Source: Schizochytrium sp. TIO01 (lineage: Eukaryota; Protista; Bigyra: Labyrinthulomycetes). From it: 64,000 bases of DNA. Below the pieces are notes generated by a model. The model saw only the letters and a list, made by a program, of their open reading frames with translations, searched no databases and was not told the DNA's origin. The position numbers were made by a program, and so were the translations under genes. Location of the stretch: positions 1,674,001 through 1,738,000 of the forward strand of contig SMSO01000025.1 in assembly GCA_004764695.1 (NCBI GenBank). The letters are read 5' to 3'. This document shows positions 45,129-57,300 of this stretch, piece after piece (the stretch's first letter is position 1; the number at the start of each line of letters is the position of its first letter).

Positions 45129-47525
45129 ATGTTTGCAGCGGTCTTCGGCGATGCCGCCAGGCGCATCTCAGTACGCACAAACAGAGCGGAACAGCGCGTG
45201 CCGCACTTCCGTGAGCACCTAGAAAAGAGCGATGCGGAAAGGAGAGATGCAGAAAAGCGCGAGAGCGGAAGATCCGTAGAGACTGCCTCAACCTCCTTTA
45301 GCACTCCAAGCGTGCCTACCTCGCCTCTGGGAGTGCTTATGGCGGGTGGGCGATCTGTACGGATGGAGGGCATCTTGAAAGTCCGTGTGAACCGACGCAA
45401 GGGCCGCACTCCGTTTGGATGGGCTGCACGCTTCGTGGTGCTTGAGGAAGGCCGCATTCGTATCAGCCGCAGCGAAGACGATGATGACGATATCTATGCG
45501 TCAGCTGTGGCAAGCTACCGTGCCAGCTCCACCTCCTCGGGAGGGACTGTGCAGCACTCTAACAATGAGAATCGCCTCAACCTCTCCAGTTTCAGAGACG
45601 TTAGGTACAATAAGAGGGGCGCCCGCGAGTTCACCATTGTGCTCAAATCAAACCAACAAGTGAGATTCCGCGCCAAAAATGGCGAAGAAGCCGAGATCTG
45701 GCTTCAACATATTTTGCAAGAAATGCGGAACCAGGCCCAGCTCAACCTCAAATGCGGTGAGCTAATGATGAAACAAAACATGGTCAGTAACGTGGAGCCC
45801 GTGCTGCGCCAAGCGCTATTTATGATGGAGCTCTCAATGGGACCTAAACACAAGGGTGTGGCTGACGTCCTCGATCTCCTCGCGAGATTTCTTGCTGCGC
45901 AAGGCGACGAGCAAGGTGCATCAGCATCTCAGGAGCGTGCTGAATCTATCCGAGAGGCGAGTGGACCGTCAAGATCTGCAGTCCAACATTTCACTGGCGA
46001 TAACGCAGGTCTTCGCGAGGTTCGAATGTGGCTTGAGTTACAAAACCGTGCTGATGATGGTACAGAAGCTATGGAGCGTGCCATGGAAATGCAACGCCGC
46101 GAAGCTGAGCTCATTAACATTATGTCAGATCAGCACGCGTCACGCATTCAAGAGCTCCAAAATAAAGCAGCTGCTGCCGAGCGCCGTGCTCGTGATGCCG
46201 AAAAGGAGCTTGCGCTGCTGCGAGTCGCAAAACGTGATCGCGCAAGCTTGGGACGAGTACAAACAGGAACCATAGCCTCGCTGTCGGGCTCAAGCTCGAG
46301 CCTCACCGGCAAGAATATGGTAGCTGGATCTGAAGATAAAACAACACTTCGCCGCTCCATGGGCCGCCTCATTGGCCGTCTTAGTTTGTCCCGTAAAAAG
46401 AGCCTTCCTAGAAACACCCCTGCTGCAGGTCTCTTTGATCCAGTTGAGGAGGAACCCCGTGCAAGCCTGTCAAGAGCGTCCATGACCCCTCGTGCATCTG
46501 AGAATCCAGCGTCTCATTCCGATTTTGATGAATCTGAGTTTAATGAGGATCGCGCCCGGCCTAACGAAGAGCTTGATGCTATTGATGAGCTTGACGTTGC
46601 TGATATGGATTACAACAACCCACGCAAATCACCTACAACTGAGCCCAAGGATGACTCAAATGACCACACAGCCGCAGACGATAACATGGATGATGACGAG
46701 ATCTTTAACATGCACCGCGCCGAGGAGGAAGAATTCACCCCAGAGCTTGCGCGAAAGGTGGCTGAGTCTTTCCAAGAGCAGGATCTCTCTACTCTTGATG
46801 AGATGGAGCGCGAGCTTCTTGAACTCAAGAAAGAAAGTGAGGTGGCTCGTCAAGAGTCAACTGATGCCCTTCGTACTCGAATGGACTTTCTCAAGTCAAA
46901 GAAGAAGTACCGGCGCAACCAAGGCCTCAGCTTGCAGAGGTCACTAGATCGCAGGGACACTGGCGCTTGCTACCTCTGCCACTCCGAAACTTCCCAAGGC
47001 ACTCTTTATGTACGATGGAGCCTTGATCCGGTCGAAGATGCTATTGGCCGCTTTTTCCCTGGCGAGGGAGTCAAGGTTCCCCCGTTCAAGTACGCGCATA
47101 ACCAAGGCCGGCAGGAGCTCATCCGCGGTCTGCAAGGAACTGGAGGTAATCTTCGTTATTTCGAAGGCATAATTGCTTTTCTTAAACTTGCATGGGAACA
47201 CCGCAGTGTCCAAGTTGTTATTACAGCAAGTTTTTCACCTGTACGCGTATATTTGTGGCGTGATGAGTTCGTCTTTAACGTCTCGCCTGGTGCTGCTTTC
47301 TCCCTCCTGGGCGTTGAGGGTATCACCGTAGTAAGCGTTGGAAGCACCCTTTTTTCTGGAATCGTCAAGTTGCCCTTAGAACAGTTCTGTGTCATCGGTT
47401 CACAAAACGGCCATTCGATTTCGCTCCGTCGCAATAAGCGCGACAGCTTTGCTTCGTCAACACGCTCGTCCCAATACAGCACGATGAGTGATGACGTTGC
47501 TCATGATTCTGATGATGAACAATAA
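45129..47525 (+). CDS. Multidomain protein: PH + kinesin-light-chain-type TPR + coiled coil + C-terminal IMP1/IMP2-like domain
   Basis: PH: EGILKV..WAARFVVL..FRAKNGEEAEIWLQHI. TPR: LRQAL..MGPKHKGVADVLDLLA. IMP-like: GACYL..GTLYVRWS..AIGRFFP..VPPFKY..GRQELIR..YFEGIIAFLKLA. Start codon uncertain (45129 or 45339). Confidence 0.8.
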   Translation: MFAAVFGDAARRISVRTNRAEQRVPHFREHLEKSDAERRDAEKRESGRSVETASTSFSTPSVPTSPLGVLMAGGRSVRMEGILKVRVNRRKGRTPFGWAARFVVLEEGRIRISRSEDDDDDIYASAVASYRASSTSSGGTVQHSNNENRLNLSSFRDVRYNKRGAREFTIVLKSNQQVRFRAKNGEEAEIWLQHILQEMRNQAQLNLKCGELMMKQNMVSNVEPVLRQALFMMELSMGPKHKGVADVLDLLARFLAAQGDEQGASASQERAESIREASGPSRSAVQHFTGDNAGLREVRMWLELQNRADDGTEAMERAMEMQRREAELINIMSDQHASRIQELQNKAAAAERRARDAEKELALLRVAKRDRASLGRVQTGTIASLSGSSSSLTGKNMVAGSEDKTTLRRSMGRLIGRLSLSRKKSLPRNTPAAGLFDPVEEEPRASLSRASMTPRASENPASHSDFDESEFNEDRARPNEELDAIDELDVADMDYNNPRKSPTTEPKDDSNDHTAADDNMDDDEIFNMHRAEEEEFTPELARKVAESFQEQDLSTLDEMERELLELKKESEVARQESTDALRTRMDFLKSKKKYRRNQGLSLQRSLDRRDTGACYLCHSETSQGTLYVRWSLDPVEDAIGRFFPGEGVKVPPFKYAHNQGRQELIRGLQGTGGNLRYFEGIIAFLKLAWEHRSVQVVITASFSPVRVYLWRDEFVFNVSPGAAFSLLGVEGITVVSVGSTLFSGIVKLPLEQFCVIGSQNGHSISLRRNKRDSFASSTRSSQYSTMSDDVAHDSDDEQ

Positions 47526-48263
47526 TATTGAATCTTCCACGATCTGAGCTTTGCAGATCCAACATTTCGTATCCTTCCTTTTCTTTGGCTTTTTTCAGTA
47601 TTTAGGCCTATTCGTTGAGGACAAATAAATTACAGATTTTTAAAAGCGCGACGAAACTTGATCGTCCGCTAAATCGCAAGATCTTCGGGTTTGCCATTCT
47701 TCCCCATTTTCAATTTGACCACCATTTACAGATATCGCTGCGTATGCACCTCACTATTTTACATCATGTATCTCTTTTTTGGCAGATTATCTAAATCAAT
47801 CAATGTTATCCCATACTCTTTATCTCTTCGTGCTGCTACTTTTCTTTAATCAACCTAGTATCTTGGTCCTGTCTTCGGAATTATAAAACTTGAAAAGAAT
47901 GTGACCCTGCTTGAAATACAAAGGTTTCTAGCTTTGATGTTTTCTGACTCTCCTCCCAAAAGTAGTCAAACAATCTGCATGTAGAAAGCCAATTGCATAC
48001 ATGAATGTGTTTCACATGGAAGGAATCGTGGAGAACTATGCTTTCAAAACAAACATGCAAACACATTTCAACGTTTAATACGACAATAAGCATACATATA
48101 TACACACACACGAGCAACTCTCTCTTGCGTGGAATCGCTCACTTAGGAAACATATACTTTGTGTTGTGGCGCGGGATCAGAAAAGCAAAGGAATGCTGCA
48201 AGCAGGAGGAAAATAGAAATGGAGAGAGGGTTATCTCAAAAAAAAAAGTTCAATCAATTCTAA

Positions 48264-49196
48264 TTACATAGACACTGTAAGCAAGGAGGCGAGAACTCCA
48301 GAAGCAATCGCCTGAGCTTGCACATTCACATCATTTGGCCAAAGGGTATGCGGGGGGATATCTGCAGCTGCACCCATGGCGAATACATGGGGGGTGGACC
48401 GAACACGAAAGGATCCTGGTTCTACATCAAGTCCTCTACGTCCACGCTTACACCATTCTGAGGGGCAAGGCAAAACGGTGTCATGAGAATGAGGGGAAGA
48501 AGGGGCGGACGAATCGCTCAGGTCACCAATGTCACCGATGCTGTCATCATGAGGTTCGTCCATTTCAAAGTCATGTACATAAGAGCAAAGCTTTGCTGTC
48601 AAGTTTTGAGCAGAGATTTGCAAGCTGCTGCTACGCCTTGGTCGAGTTGAAATAGTCGTTTTGGTGCTATTATCAATTGGTTTGTCAATAGTAGCTTCCT
48701 CAACGTCGGAGGCGCTGGAAAGAGCATCTGCGCACACCAGGACATCAAAATCCACGACACGACCAGAAGATAAGACAAGACTATCGCTATTGACACAGCA
48801 GACGTCACCAATTAAAATGCGATCTGGAGAAGCCTGACGGTCCCAAAATAGACGCCAAAGCCAATGCGGTGGAGTGGTGTTGTTCACCATGACCACTTGA
48901 AGATCCAAGTGGCCAAGGCGGTCCTGAAACGCATCTACCCTTGCTCGAAGCTGGCGAACAACTTCGAAACCAGCTTCCCCGCCGCCTAAAACAACTATTT
49001 CATGTGCGTAGCCAAGTGAGTCTTGGCGAGTCCGCTTCTTGGAGCGCTTGTGGATTTGGTGCACACTGATGCCAAGTAGCAGCGCCGTAGCTGCAGACGC
49101 TGCAACAGCAAGGGCAAGCCCACGACCTGAAGAAAACGAACTCGAAGAAGACGTAGATGAGGAACTGCTTTGACTAGAGATGGGAGGTGCCGACAT
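48264..49196 (-). CDS. Membrane-anchored pyridine nucleotide-disulfide oxidoreductase-like protein (FAD-binding halves only)
   Basis: N-terminal hydrophobic anchor; IVVLGGGEAG; VDFDVLVCA; LDVE..FRVRSTPHVFAMGAAA..QAQAIA. The central NAD(P)H-binding domain is not recognisable. Confidence 0.65.
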   Translation of the reverse strand: MSAPPISSQSSSSSTSSSSSFSSGRGLALAVAASAATALLLGISVHQIHKRSKKRTRQDSLGYAHEIVVLGGGEAGFEVVRQLRARVDAFQDRLGHLDLQVVMVNNTTPPHWLWRLFWDRQASPDRILIGDVCCVNSDSLVLSSGRVVDFDVLVCADALSSASDVEEATIDKPIDNSTKTTISTRPRRSSSLQISAQNLTAKLCSYVHDFEMDEPHDDSIGDIGDLSDSSAPSSPHSHDTVLPCPSEWCKRGRRGLDVEPGSFRVRSTPHVFAMGAAADIPPHTLWPNDVNVQAQAIASGVLASLLTVSM

Positions 49197-52100
49197 GGTG
49201 CACTATATGGTCAATAATGGAGCAACAATCACAGTAATAGATAGGGCTTGAGTGCGTTTTTGGTGATCGTAATTACTTCAACTTCAGACCCTCAGGCCAA
49301 TCTTGCTCCTAGATCACGTAAATTTGGAGCCCTGTGATATGGATCAGCTCGCACTAGTTGTCGTGGCGACTTTAGTGGTGGAGCCACCGTTTTCGATCTA
49401 CGATGACGTAAGGTCGCACGCAGCCCACGCAACAAAATAGCAGGTTAGAGGTTCTTGCTGATTGCGAAAGGTCTAGAGAGCTCCTGTCCAAATCCTCTCG
49501 TCCGAATATCCTCAGTTCTTGCGAGCGTCTTCCGTGCTGCGTCTGTAGGTTCGGGTCTGGCTGCTCAGCCTCGTCTGCTGCTCAAACCAAAATTCATTTC
49601 CTTATTTCCTCCTTATTCTTTCTTTCTTTCTTCTTTCTTTCTTTCTCTTCCATGTCTCTTAAATGCGCAACTTGACAGGCCATGGTTCAAAATGAAAATA
49701 TATTATTCACAGGCCTGCTAGTACTACCTACCATTAATGGTTACCAGTGCACTATCATTATAAGGCAAGGCAATCATGGAACAGAGGCCGGTAGCATAGG
49801 CAAGCCTAGCAAAGTCCTATCAAAAGAGGCAGAGCTGTCACGAAACTCTAACTTTCAAAACCAAAAAAGAAAAGAATAAGGATTACAAAGGTGATTCATA
49901 ATCATCAAGCCATTCATTACTCGCATAGACTCCATAGGCGCTTGCTTCATTATCATCAATAACCCTATAATACACTTCAATCTAATTGATCGACATGCAC
50001 TCAAAATCGAAGGCACTCTTTCTACTTTTCAGCAAAGATATCCAACTCAAGATTGAAATTACGAAGGCTTCTTTCAGTCTCATGAGTCAAGAGGACAACT
50101 TTGATTGATTTGATTCAAAATTACCAATTAGTAGTACTAATTATCACGACACTACAAATGGAGTAGACTGATAGTAGGCTAATAAGGAAATGAAAAGACT
50201 GACTCTTTAGAAACAAAGGCCTCCAACCCGGAGCTATACATACAGACATACATCTATGCGTACATTCATACGCAAGAGGACTCGAGGGTGACGTCCGAGA
50301 AGGGGCGAAGCGCAAGATGCAGGTTTCGGCTCACAGGGCCGGTGCCTAGCTGGATCAGCATGGTCAGTCAGCGAAGATTCAAGTATAAAATGTGGACTAC
50401 TACCTCCGCGCTGTAGCTTTATAGCTTTAGATTATGGAAAACACAGAAAGAGTACACACCTAAATTGCAATTTTCATCGTTGTTGGTGGACGACTATGAC
50501 TCACAATTAAGTCCCCTCAGGGCATCACCAAGCGAAAAGGAAGGAAGAGGACGCACCGTTCTCGTCTGATTCCTCATCTCTCGAGACCTCACGTCTACAG
50601 CAGCAGAGCTTCGGGTCGCTATGTAAGCCTCGGTCGCAAAGTTTGGTGGATGGAATGATTGGCTGAAACCCTCTAGCGAGCCCTTCAAGAATCGGATTCA
50701 AGTTGTTTTGGAGTACGGATTATTTGCCAAATCGCGATGGCTGTGCGTTAGGTCTCCGGATTGTAGCATTCGGTAGCCAGGGCTCCGCGTAGTGAGTCGG
50801 GGACATTTTCCTGAGTAGACAATCTGAGGGGTGTCGTCCACGATGTTCTGACTTGGGTTAGTGCGTACTCCGCTAAATCCTTTTGAGCGTGGTATGACCA
50901 GCGCAGCCTACCTTCACACGGTAGGTATTGAAACCTGCCAAACAATGTTACCTATTAACCTGGTCTTATTCTCTGGCTGACTTGGGTTTGTGAAATTAGC
51001 AAAAACTCACCCTGGAGTGTCTGCACCAGCAAGTGGTCTGAAAGTCCAATTCGTGGGACAGATGCAAGCGCGATAGACGAACGTGGTGATAGCAGCCACC
51101 TGAATAAAAGCACGCTCGCGAAGCCAAACTTAGAGAAGAAGCACCATGCTTTGAGTTTATTATCTCAAGTACCATGTTCTTTTCGAGGATTGTGAAAAAC
51201 CAGATAGAGTTGCTATGTATCTCTTGTTAGTGTGCTGTACAATCTTGGGAGAAGTATCAGCATTCTAAACAAGTATTGACAACATGCATTGTTGTTAATT
51301 ATAAACCATTCTGTATTTACCTACTCAGCAGCATGTCTAGGTAATAGCAAAGTCTCTGTTACTTGTTATACTGTGTATACATTGTGTTAAAAGGGGGGAG
51401 GGTGTTATGCGCGCACATACAGCATCTTGATTCCATTGCGTACTACTTCATGCAAAGTATAGGAGGTAGATATAAACTTTGACACACAAGTCGCGTTAGC
51501 ATCGCCTAGATGCAGGACTGAGAAAATTATTCTTTGCCGAAAATTACCTGTGCCCGAAGGTCTCTTTGAGGCTGGTTTCACCTTTGTTGTATCTTACCAG
51601 CCCTTCTTGAAGAACCCAGACGAAGCTCTGCTCGTTAGTAGATGCTCTCCTTCAAATTTGTACGTTTCTCGTTGATAACATCTAAGAGTAGCTTCTGTTT
51701 TATTCGAAAGAAAAGTGCTGGGAAGGCTTCATGTCAAGATAGACGAGGCCAGATAATCAGTTTAATCAAATAAATATATAGTTTAATTGTTCAATTGGTT
51801 ACTATTGCCGAGGCATTTGTAGCCTAAGATGAGACAATCGGGACCCTCTACTTGGTTTAGGTTTAGCGTACGGCGGGGCAGAGGTAGAGAGGTTCTCAAT
51901 CAGTCCAGTGGCTTGCCGCACGGAAAGGCTCCTTCAGCCTCTAGAACCTTTGATGTATAGTGCTTTGAAAGCGTGTCCTACCTCATTAAACAAGAGCAGT
52001 CCGGGCTGTCTAAATCGGCGTTGTATTCCTAGTATCTCCAGCGGAAAGCAAGCAGGTTACTGATTGGGCAAAGCTATGATTATTCATGTCAGCACTGGGA

Positions 52101-53254
52101 AGGGTCGCCTCACCTTTGCACTATGCTTTCTACAGCCGCAAAGAAATTAAGGTTAACACTATGTACATTGTTTGTTTTGAAGGACACTAGCGGAATAGCG
52201 GTGACATGTTTCCTGTTGAAGGCCTTGGTGTATCAAAGCGAGGAGTGTAAACCACCTGCAAAGCAGAGTGGTCAAAGCTTATGCAGGCAGATATGGTACC
52301 TCCAATCATCCATCACTGCTTGCCACTGTCGGTGATATGCGAAGCAGCGATACCCAGTCAGAGCTGCGAGCTAAGGCCACCGCACCCTCTCAAGAGTTGT
52401 TGCTTTTTGCAAAAACGGTACACTATGGGGTTTTCCTGAAAGTCTTCAGTGAGCCATAATACATAATGAATCATCGGTTGCCCGCTCTCCAGAGAAAACC
52501 AATCGTTACGAAAGGCGGCGAAATAAAGGGGTCGCCAGGAAGAACGAGTGAGAAGGATTCATTGTGTTGAAGCTGGATGCCTATGTAAGTGGTCACCTCA
52601 CGTTAATCTCAAATCTCTATGAATTCAATTTCTATCCCATTTTGTTATTTAGCAGCCCAGAATAGAACCTCCTGTTCGTACCAAGACAAACTCCAATCCG
52701 AATTGCTTACGAAAGAGCTAGCTAGCTATCCATGTTCATCGCCAGTAAAGAAAGATTTACAGCTCGCGATTCGACACATCTCAACACAGTCAATTGCAGC
52801 TTCTGCTTCAAGCTTTTCTAGCTCGTTGTGAGATCAGAAGTTCACGTTGAACTTGTCCAAGTGCGCCAACCGATCTTCTTCAACCGCAATGGAAACCTCC
52901 TCATTGTCGTTGCTGTTGCTGTTATTGTGCGTTCTCTTGAATTCAATACAATCGTTCCACTTCACTCCTGTCTTCAGTGGCCCTCACTAGTATGTATCTA
53001 CCTACCTGCGTTCTATAACTCGTTTCTTCCACCGGTGGGTCCTTCAACATTTTCACCGATGAAAAGTCAGTTAGAAAGAAGTCGAAAGATACGCCGCCGC
53101 TGCCACGCCAAGATGTGCCTGCCTGCCCTGCCCGACGTTGCCGCAGCAGCTTCGAGCTGAGTCAAGCGGCTCGCGGTGGCGCCGGAGAGCTGCTCCGCTC
53201 TGGCGAAGCCTCGTCTGCATTTTCCCTGACCAGCTTTGGGGTTGGCGATGCGGA

Positions 53255-53279
53255 GATAGATAGATAGATAGATAGATAG
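53255..53279. repeat. (GATA)n microsatellite
   Basis: agatagatagatagatagatagata. Confidence 0.9.
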
Positions 53280-54996
53280 TCGCCGTTCAAGTTGTTCAAA
53301 CGGCGGTGCAAACAAAGGTTGGCTCCTCTCGCTCCTGTTTCGCCTCCGTTGGAGCGGCCGGTGGACGCCGCTGCACGGCTGCCGGGCGTGCGGAGGAAGC
53401 GTCGCCGCGTGGCCTCAGCTGTCCGCAAACAGCAGCCTACTTGAGCGCCGCTCCTCTCTCTGCGTGAGAGAAAGACAGCAATTCTTGGCGAAGCGATGTG
53501 GAGAAGAACTTGGGACCCGAACGTTGCTCTTCTTAGGAACTACTCTTAGCGCCGCTGATGCTGTTTGTCTGCTTGCTCGTTCGTTTGTTCATGACCTGGC
53601 AAAGCAGGTGAGGTGCGTTGAATGCAAAGCTCTGTCACTGGGCTCCTCATCCTCAGGCTAAGATCTTACTCGCGCTGGTTGCCTAAATGGCGAGAGACCC
53701 TCGCCTTCTTGGAGCTCCTGAGATCTTCAGTTCTTCAGAACTCAGTCCGAGTTACGTATGTATGTGTATGTATGGGTGCCAAATATTCAAGATCGTTCAG
53801 AAATAATCAGCGGAGCAGTTCTTTTCTCTTGCCTCGCGCTTATCACGGCGTGTATTTTAACTGTTTAGTTGCTTGCACCGAAGGGAAGAGCGCCTTCCAC
53901 GATAGCATAGCTTGCGATCACTTCTTTCTCTGAGTACATTACATCGTCTGAGCCTGTCTTGAGGTTCTTCCTCTCGAGAATCCTGACTGACGATTTACGA
54001 ATGAAGCGGGTGTACAGTGTGTACTTTTGGGGTCCCCGAGGGTCCCCGCACCCGCGCGATTGTCGTGAGAGCGACACTCCCCTCTCAACTTGCGGCGGAA
54101 AACTTTTTTTCCCTCTCCCTCTCTTGCAGTTTTTCCCTTTCTCTCGTGGCCGCTTGGTGTACCCCCAAGCTCGCACACTACCGCGCAGTTTCGCCTTTCT
54201 ATTTTCCCCGGACTTCTCCTGGTATGGTGTAACTAGCTTAAATCATATGAATTGCACTAGTTCTTTGAAGTACCCCTGAGCTGATACCCGAGAGGAGCGC
54301 CAAAATTCGCGAAAAAGTTTTAGAATTATCCCAAAAAGCAACATTTTAAAATGAGTAGTTTTCTCCTTTTTTGGGTACTTTTTCCCTTTTTCACTGTTTT
54401 TTTCTTCTTGCGCCGGAGAAACTAGCAGCTGTAGGAAGACCTCCTCACCCCTAGTGGTTTACCATAGGCGAGGCTATAATACATCGCGACTTTAGAACCT
54501 GCCGGAACGGTCCGCTAGTGCTTTTACTACAGGATAAAAATAAAAACTAGAGCATCGGCCCTGGAAGAAGAAGCGACATAGGGAAGAAAAGGAGGGAAAA
54601 GCGAGAAGAAAAAAGGCCAAAAAAAGAAAATCGAAAAAGCCCAAAAACCTAAACAAATAAATAGACAGCTTAGGGTATAGGTTGAGAGCACGGTACCAGC
54701 AGCTGGCCGCGAAACTGAGCGGAAAGCGATGAAAATGCGTGACTGGGTAAGATTCGCCGAGAGGGCGCGCGGAAATCTCCGGTGCAGGAAAGTGGCAGGC
54801 CCTTGAGAGGGGGCGTGCCAGAGTGGCAGTCTGCGGCGCCTAAGAAGGAAAAGCGGGCCTTCAGAGAGGGGCGGCGAAAGAAAAAAACGCGAAAAAAGCC
54901 AAAACTCGCGACCCGCCAAGAGAGGGAGAAGAAGCTACCAGACAGACCCGCAACTCCCTCCGCGAAGCTCCCCCTCTCTTCGACACAGAGAGAGGC

Positions 54997-55052
54997 CGAC
55001 TGACAGACAGACTGACAGACAGACTGACTGACTGACAGACTGACAGACTGAG
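54997..55052. repeat. (GACT/GACA)n compound microsatellite, part of an SSR-rich promoter/5'UTR tract (also (TGAC)n ~55211, (CTCCT)n ~55379, (GA)n 55678-55703)
   Basis: Directly visible tandem arrays. Confidence 0.85.
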
Positions 55053-55576
55053 ACGGCGCAGAGAAGAGACCGACAGAAGCACAGTCACACGGACCTCTGA
55101 GAGAGAAGCGTCCACAAGAAAGCGCCCTCTCGGCGCTTCTTTCGTTCTCTCGTTCTTTCTTTCCTTCTTTCTCTCTTTGTTTCGTGGACTCAGGTCGAGT
55201 GAGTGAGCTCTGACTGACTGACTGACTGACTTAGTGACTTAGTGACTGTGACTGCTCTCTCAGAGGCAGGTAGGTCCCTCCCTCCCTCAGAGGTAGGTCT
55301 CTCAGAGTCTCTGTCTATCTATCTCTGTCTGTTCATCTTCGAGGTTCTCTGACTCTCGCGTTCTTTCTACTTTCCCTTCTCTCCTCTCCTCTCCTCTCCT
55401 TCAACGCGTTGTCGCGGCGACGGCCGTTCTCTCGCGAGGAGCGAGGTCATCGAGGGAGAGAGAGGGCATCGCATCGCGAGCATCTGACGCGAGGGCGGGC
55501 GAGCAGACGGGCCGCCGCGAAGAGCAGACGGACGGCAAGAGCAGGCGCAGGCGAACGGCAGAACGCGAGGAGGCAG

Positions 55577-57261
55577 GTAAGTGAACGAGCGATTTAGGAG
55601 CGATGCGGCGAGCTTTCAAGAGAGGGGGAGGGGATTGAACGAATCAATGAACGCCTCGGCGGAGGAAACAGAGACACAGAGAGAGAGAGAGAGAGAGAGA
55701 GAGGGAATAAGTGGGGGAGGAGAAGACAGCTCGGGAAGCGAGCAGAAGGCGGCAGAAGCCACGGATGGGTCGCGAAACGGGAGGCGGAGCAGAGCAGAGC
55801 AGAGCAGACGTACAAACAAGAGAGGTAGACAGATAGATACATACATAGAGACTGTGCGGAGAGAGGCGCAGCTGTCTGCCATTAATTTGAAATTCAAATT
55901 CGAATTCAAATTCAAATTCAAATTCAAGCTCGAATTCAAATTCAAATTCAGATCAGATCAGGTCATATCTTCTTTTCTGTTGGGATCGAACGTTTTCAAG
56001 AGAAGGGCGGCGGAGAGAACGTCGTTGTGACTTCCTACTTAGGCTGTAGGAGAAACATACGTGCAAAGTCTGAATGAAGAGTGAGAGAGCACAGTGAGAG
56101 ACACACAGAGAGGTATCGAAAGGCTTGAAGGAGGAGGATTCTGTCTGTCTGTCTGTCTGTCTTTCTTTCTTTCCTTCTCGCCTTCTCCTATCTTCAGCCA
56201 GTTGTGAGTGATGTGACTGTGGCTGTGAGAGGCCCGCGTAGGGTTGTAGGTAGATAGACGCTAGCTCTCTCGGCGATTCCTCTTGGAATTTGAACTTTGT
56301 TTGTAGGTTTGTTTGTTCGTTCATTTCACGAGCGTTCTTCTTTCTGCTGTTCTCTTGGCAGTGGTGTTCTTTTCCCTCCTTCTTCTTATGTCCTCTTCTT
56401 TCGATGACTATGTGATCATTTGTTTGTTTCGTTGATCGATTGATTGATTGATTGATTGACTGCTGATCCGTTCGTAATCTAGTTCGTCCTATGCAAATGG
56501 TGACCGAATAGTGATCATGCAAGAATGCAAGCAAGTAAGGAAGGAAGAATGGAAGGAAGGAAGACACTCCAAGCAGATGATGGGCGTGCACAGGAGAATC
56601 AAAGTCGCTCGCTATCCACGACCCGGTCGTTATCCTAGGCCGTTAGTTGGTATGATATATGGCGATAAGCGTGGCTAGAGAAAACGATAAGCATGCGGCG
56701 CCCTCTTTTTCCTTTCACTCCTTCATTTTATGATGAAGGTGATGATTGATATTAAAAGGATGCATGATTAGGAGTCAGTTAGGACGGGGGTAGAAGAGGG
56801 CTGGGAAAAAACAGAGGCGCAACCACGGCCAAAACCAGACTAGCAAAAGCTAGTGAGGCAAGGCTTGCTTTGCTTTGCCTGCTGCTGCTGCTGCTGCTGC
56901 TTGCGAAGGCGAGCGAGCGCGCCGGCAGACAACGAAGGACTCGCTCGTTGATACCGAGGTGCGTGAAACGTGCTTTGTGCGCTATTCTGTCTTGGGCGGG
57001 TTAGTGGCACGCTGTCGTGATGGTGGACGAGGGATGCTGTTGATGCTGGTTGCTGGAGCTCAAAAGGGGAGACCTTGTGGAGAAGAAGAATTCCGAAGTC
57101 TACACAGGAATGAATGGTTACACAGAGCTGGGAATCGATGACCATGAAACGAGAACTAACTTTACTTTTGATGGCTAAATATGCATTGTTTGATCGAATG
57201 ACTTTTGTTCGATATGATCAATGACCATGATGTGCGGAAAAATGCTTACAATATGAAACAG
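55577..57261 (+). other. Candidate long 5'UTR intron of the H1-SWIB gene
   Basis: Strong donor CAG|GTAAGT at 55577, ACTAAC branch-like motif at 57155 and ACAG acceptor at 57261, 40 nt upstream of the ATG. SSR-rich interior without a credible ORF. The pairing of these sites is inferred. Confidence 0.4.
55890..55950. repeat. (AAATTC)n hexamer array
   Basis: aaattcaaattcgaattcaaattcaaattcaaattcaagctcgaattcaaattcaaattca. Confidence 0.9.
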
Positions 57262-57300
57262 CGAGAGCAAGACTGGTGAGAAACACCAAAAGGCAACAAG

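Noticed and set aside
55363-56591. ORFs of 100-212 aa in the SSR-rich region (e.g. 55581-56030, 55953-56591)
   Set aside because: They are translations of microsatellites (ERERE, FKFKF, SINQSIN) with non-ATG starts; likely UTR or intron.
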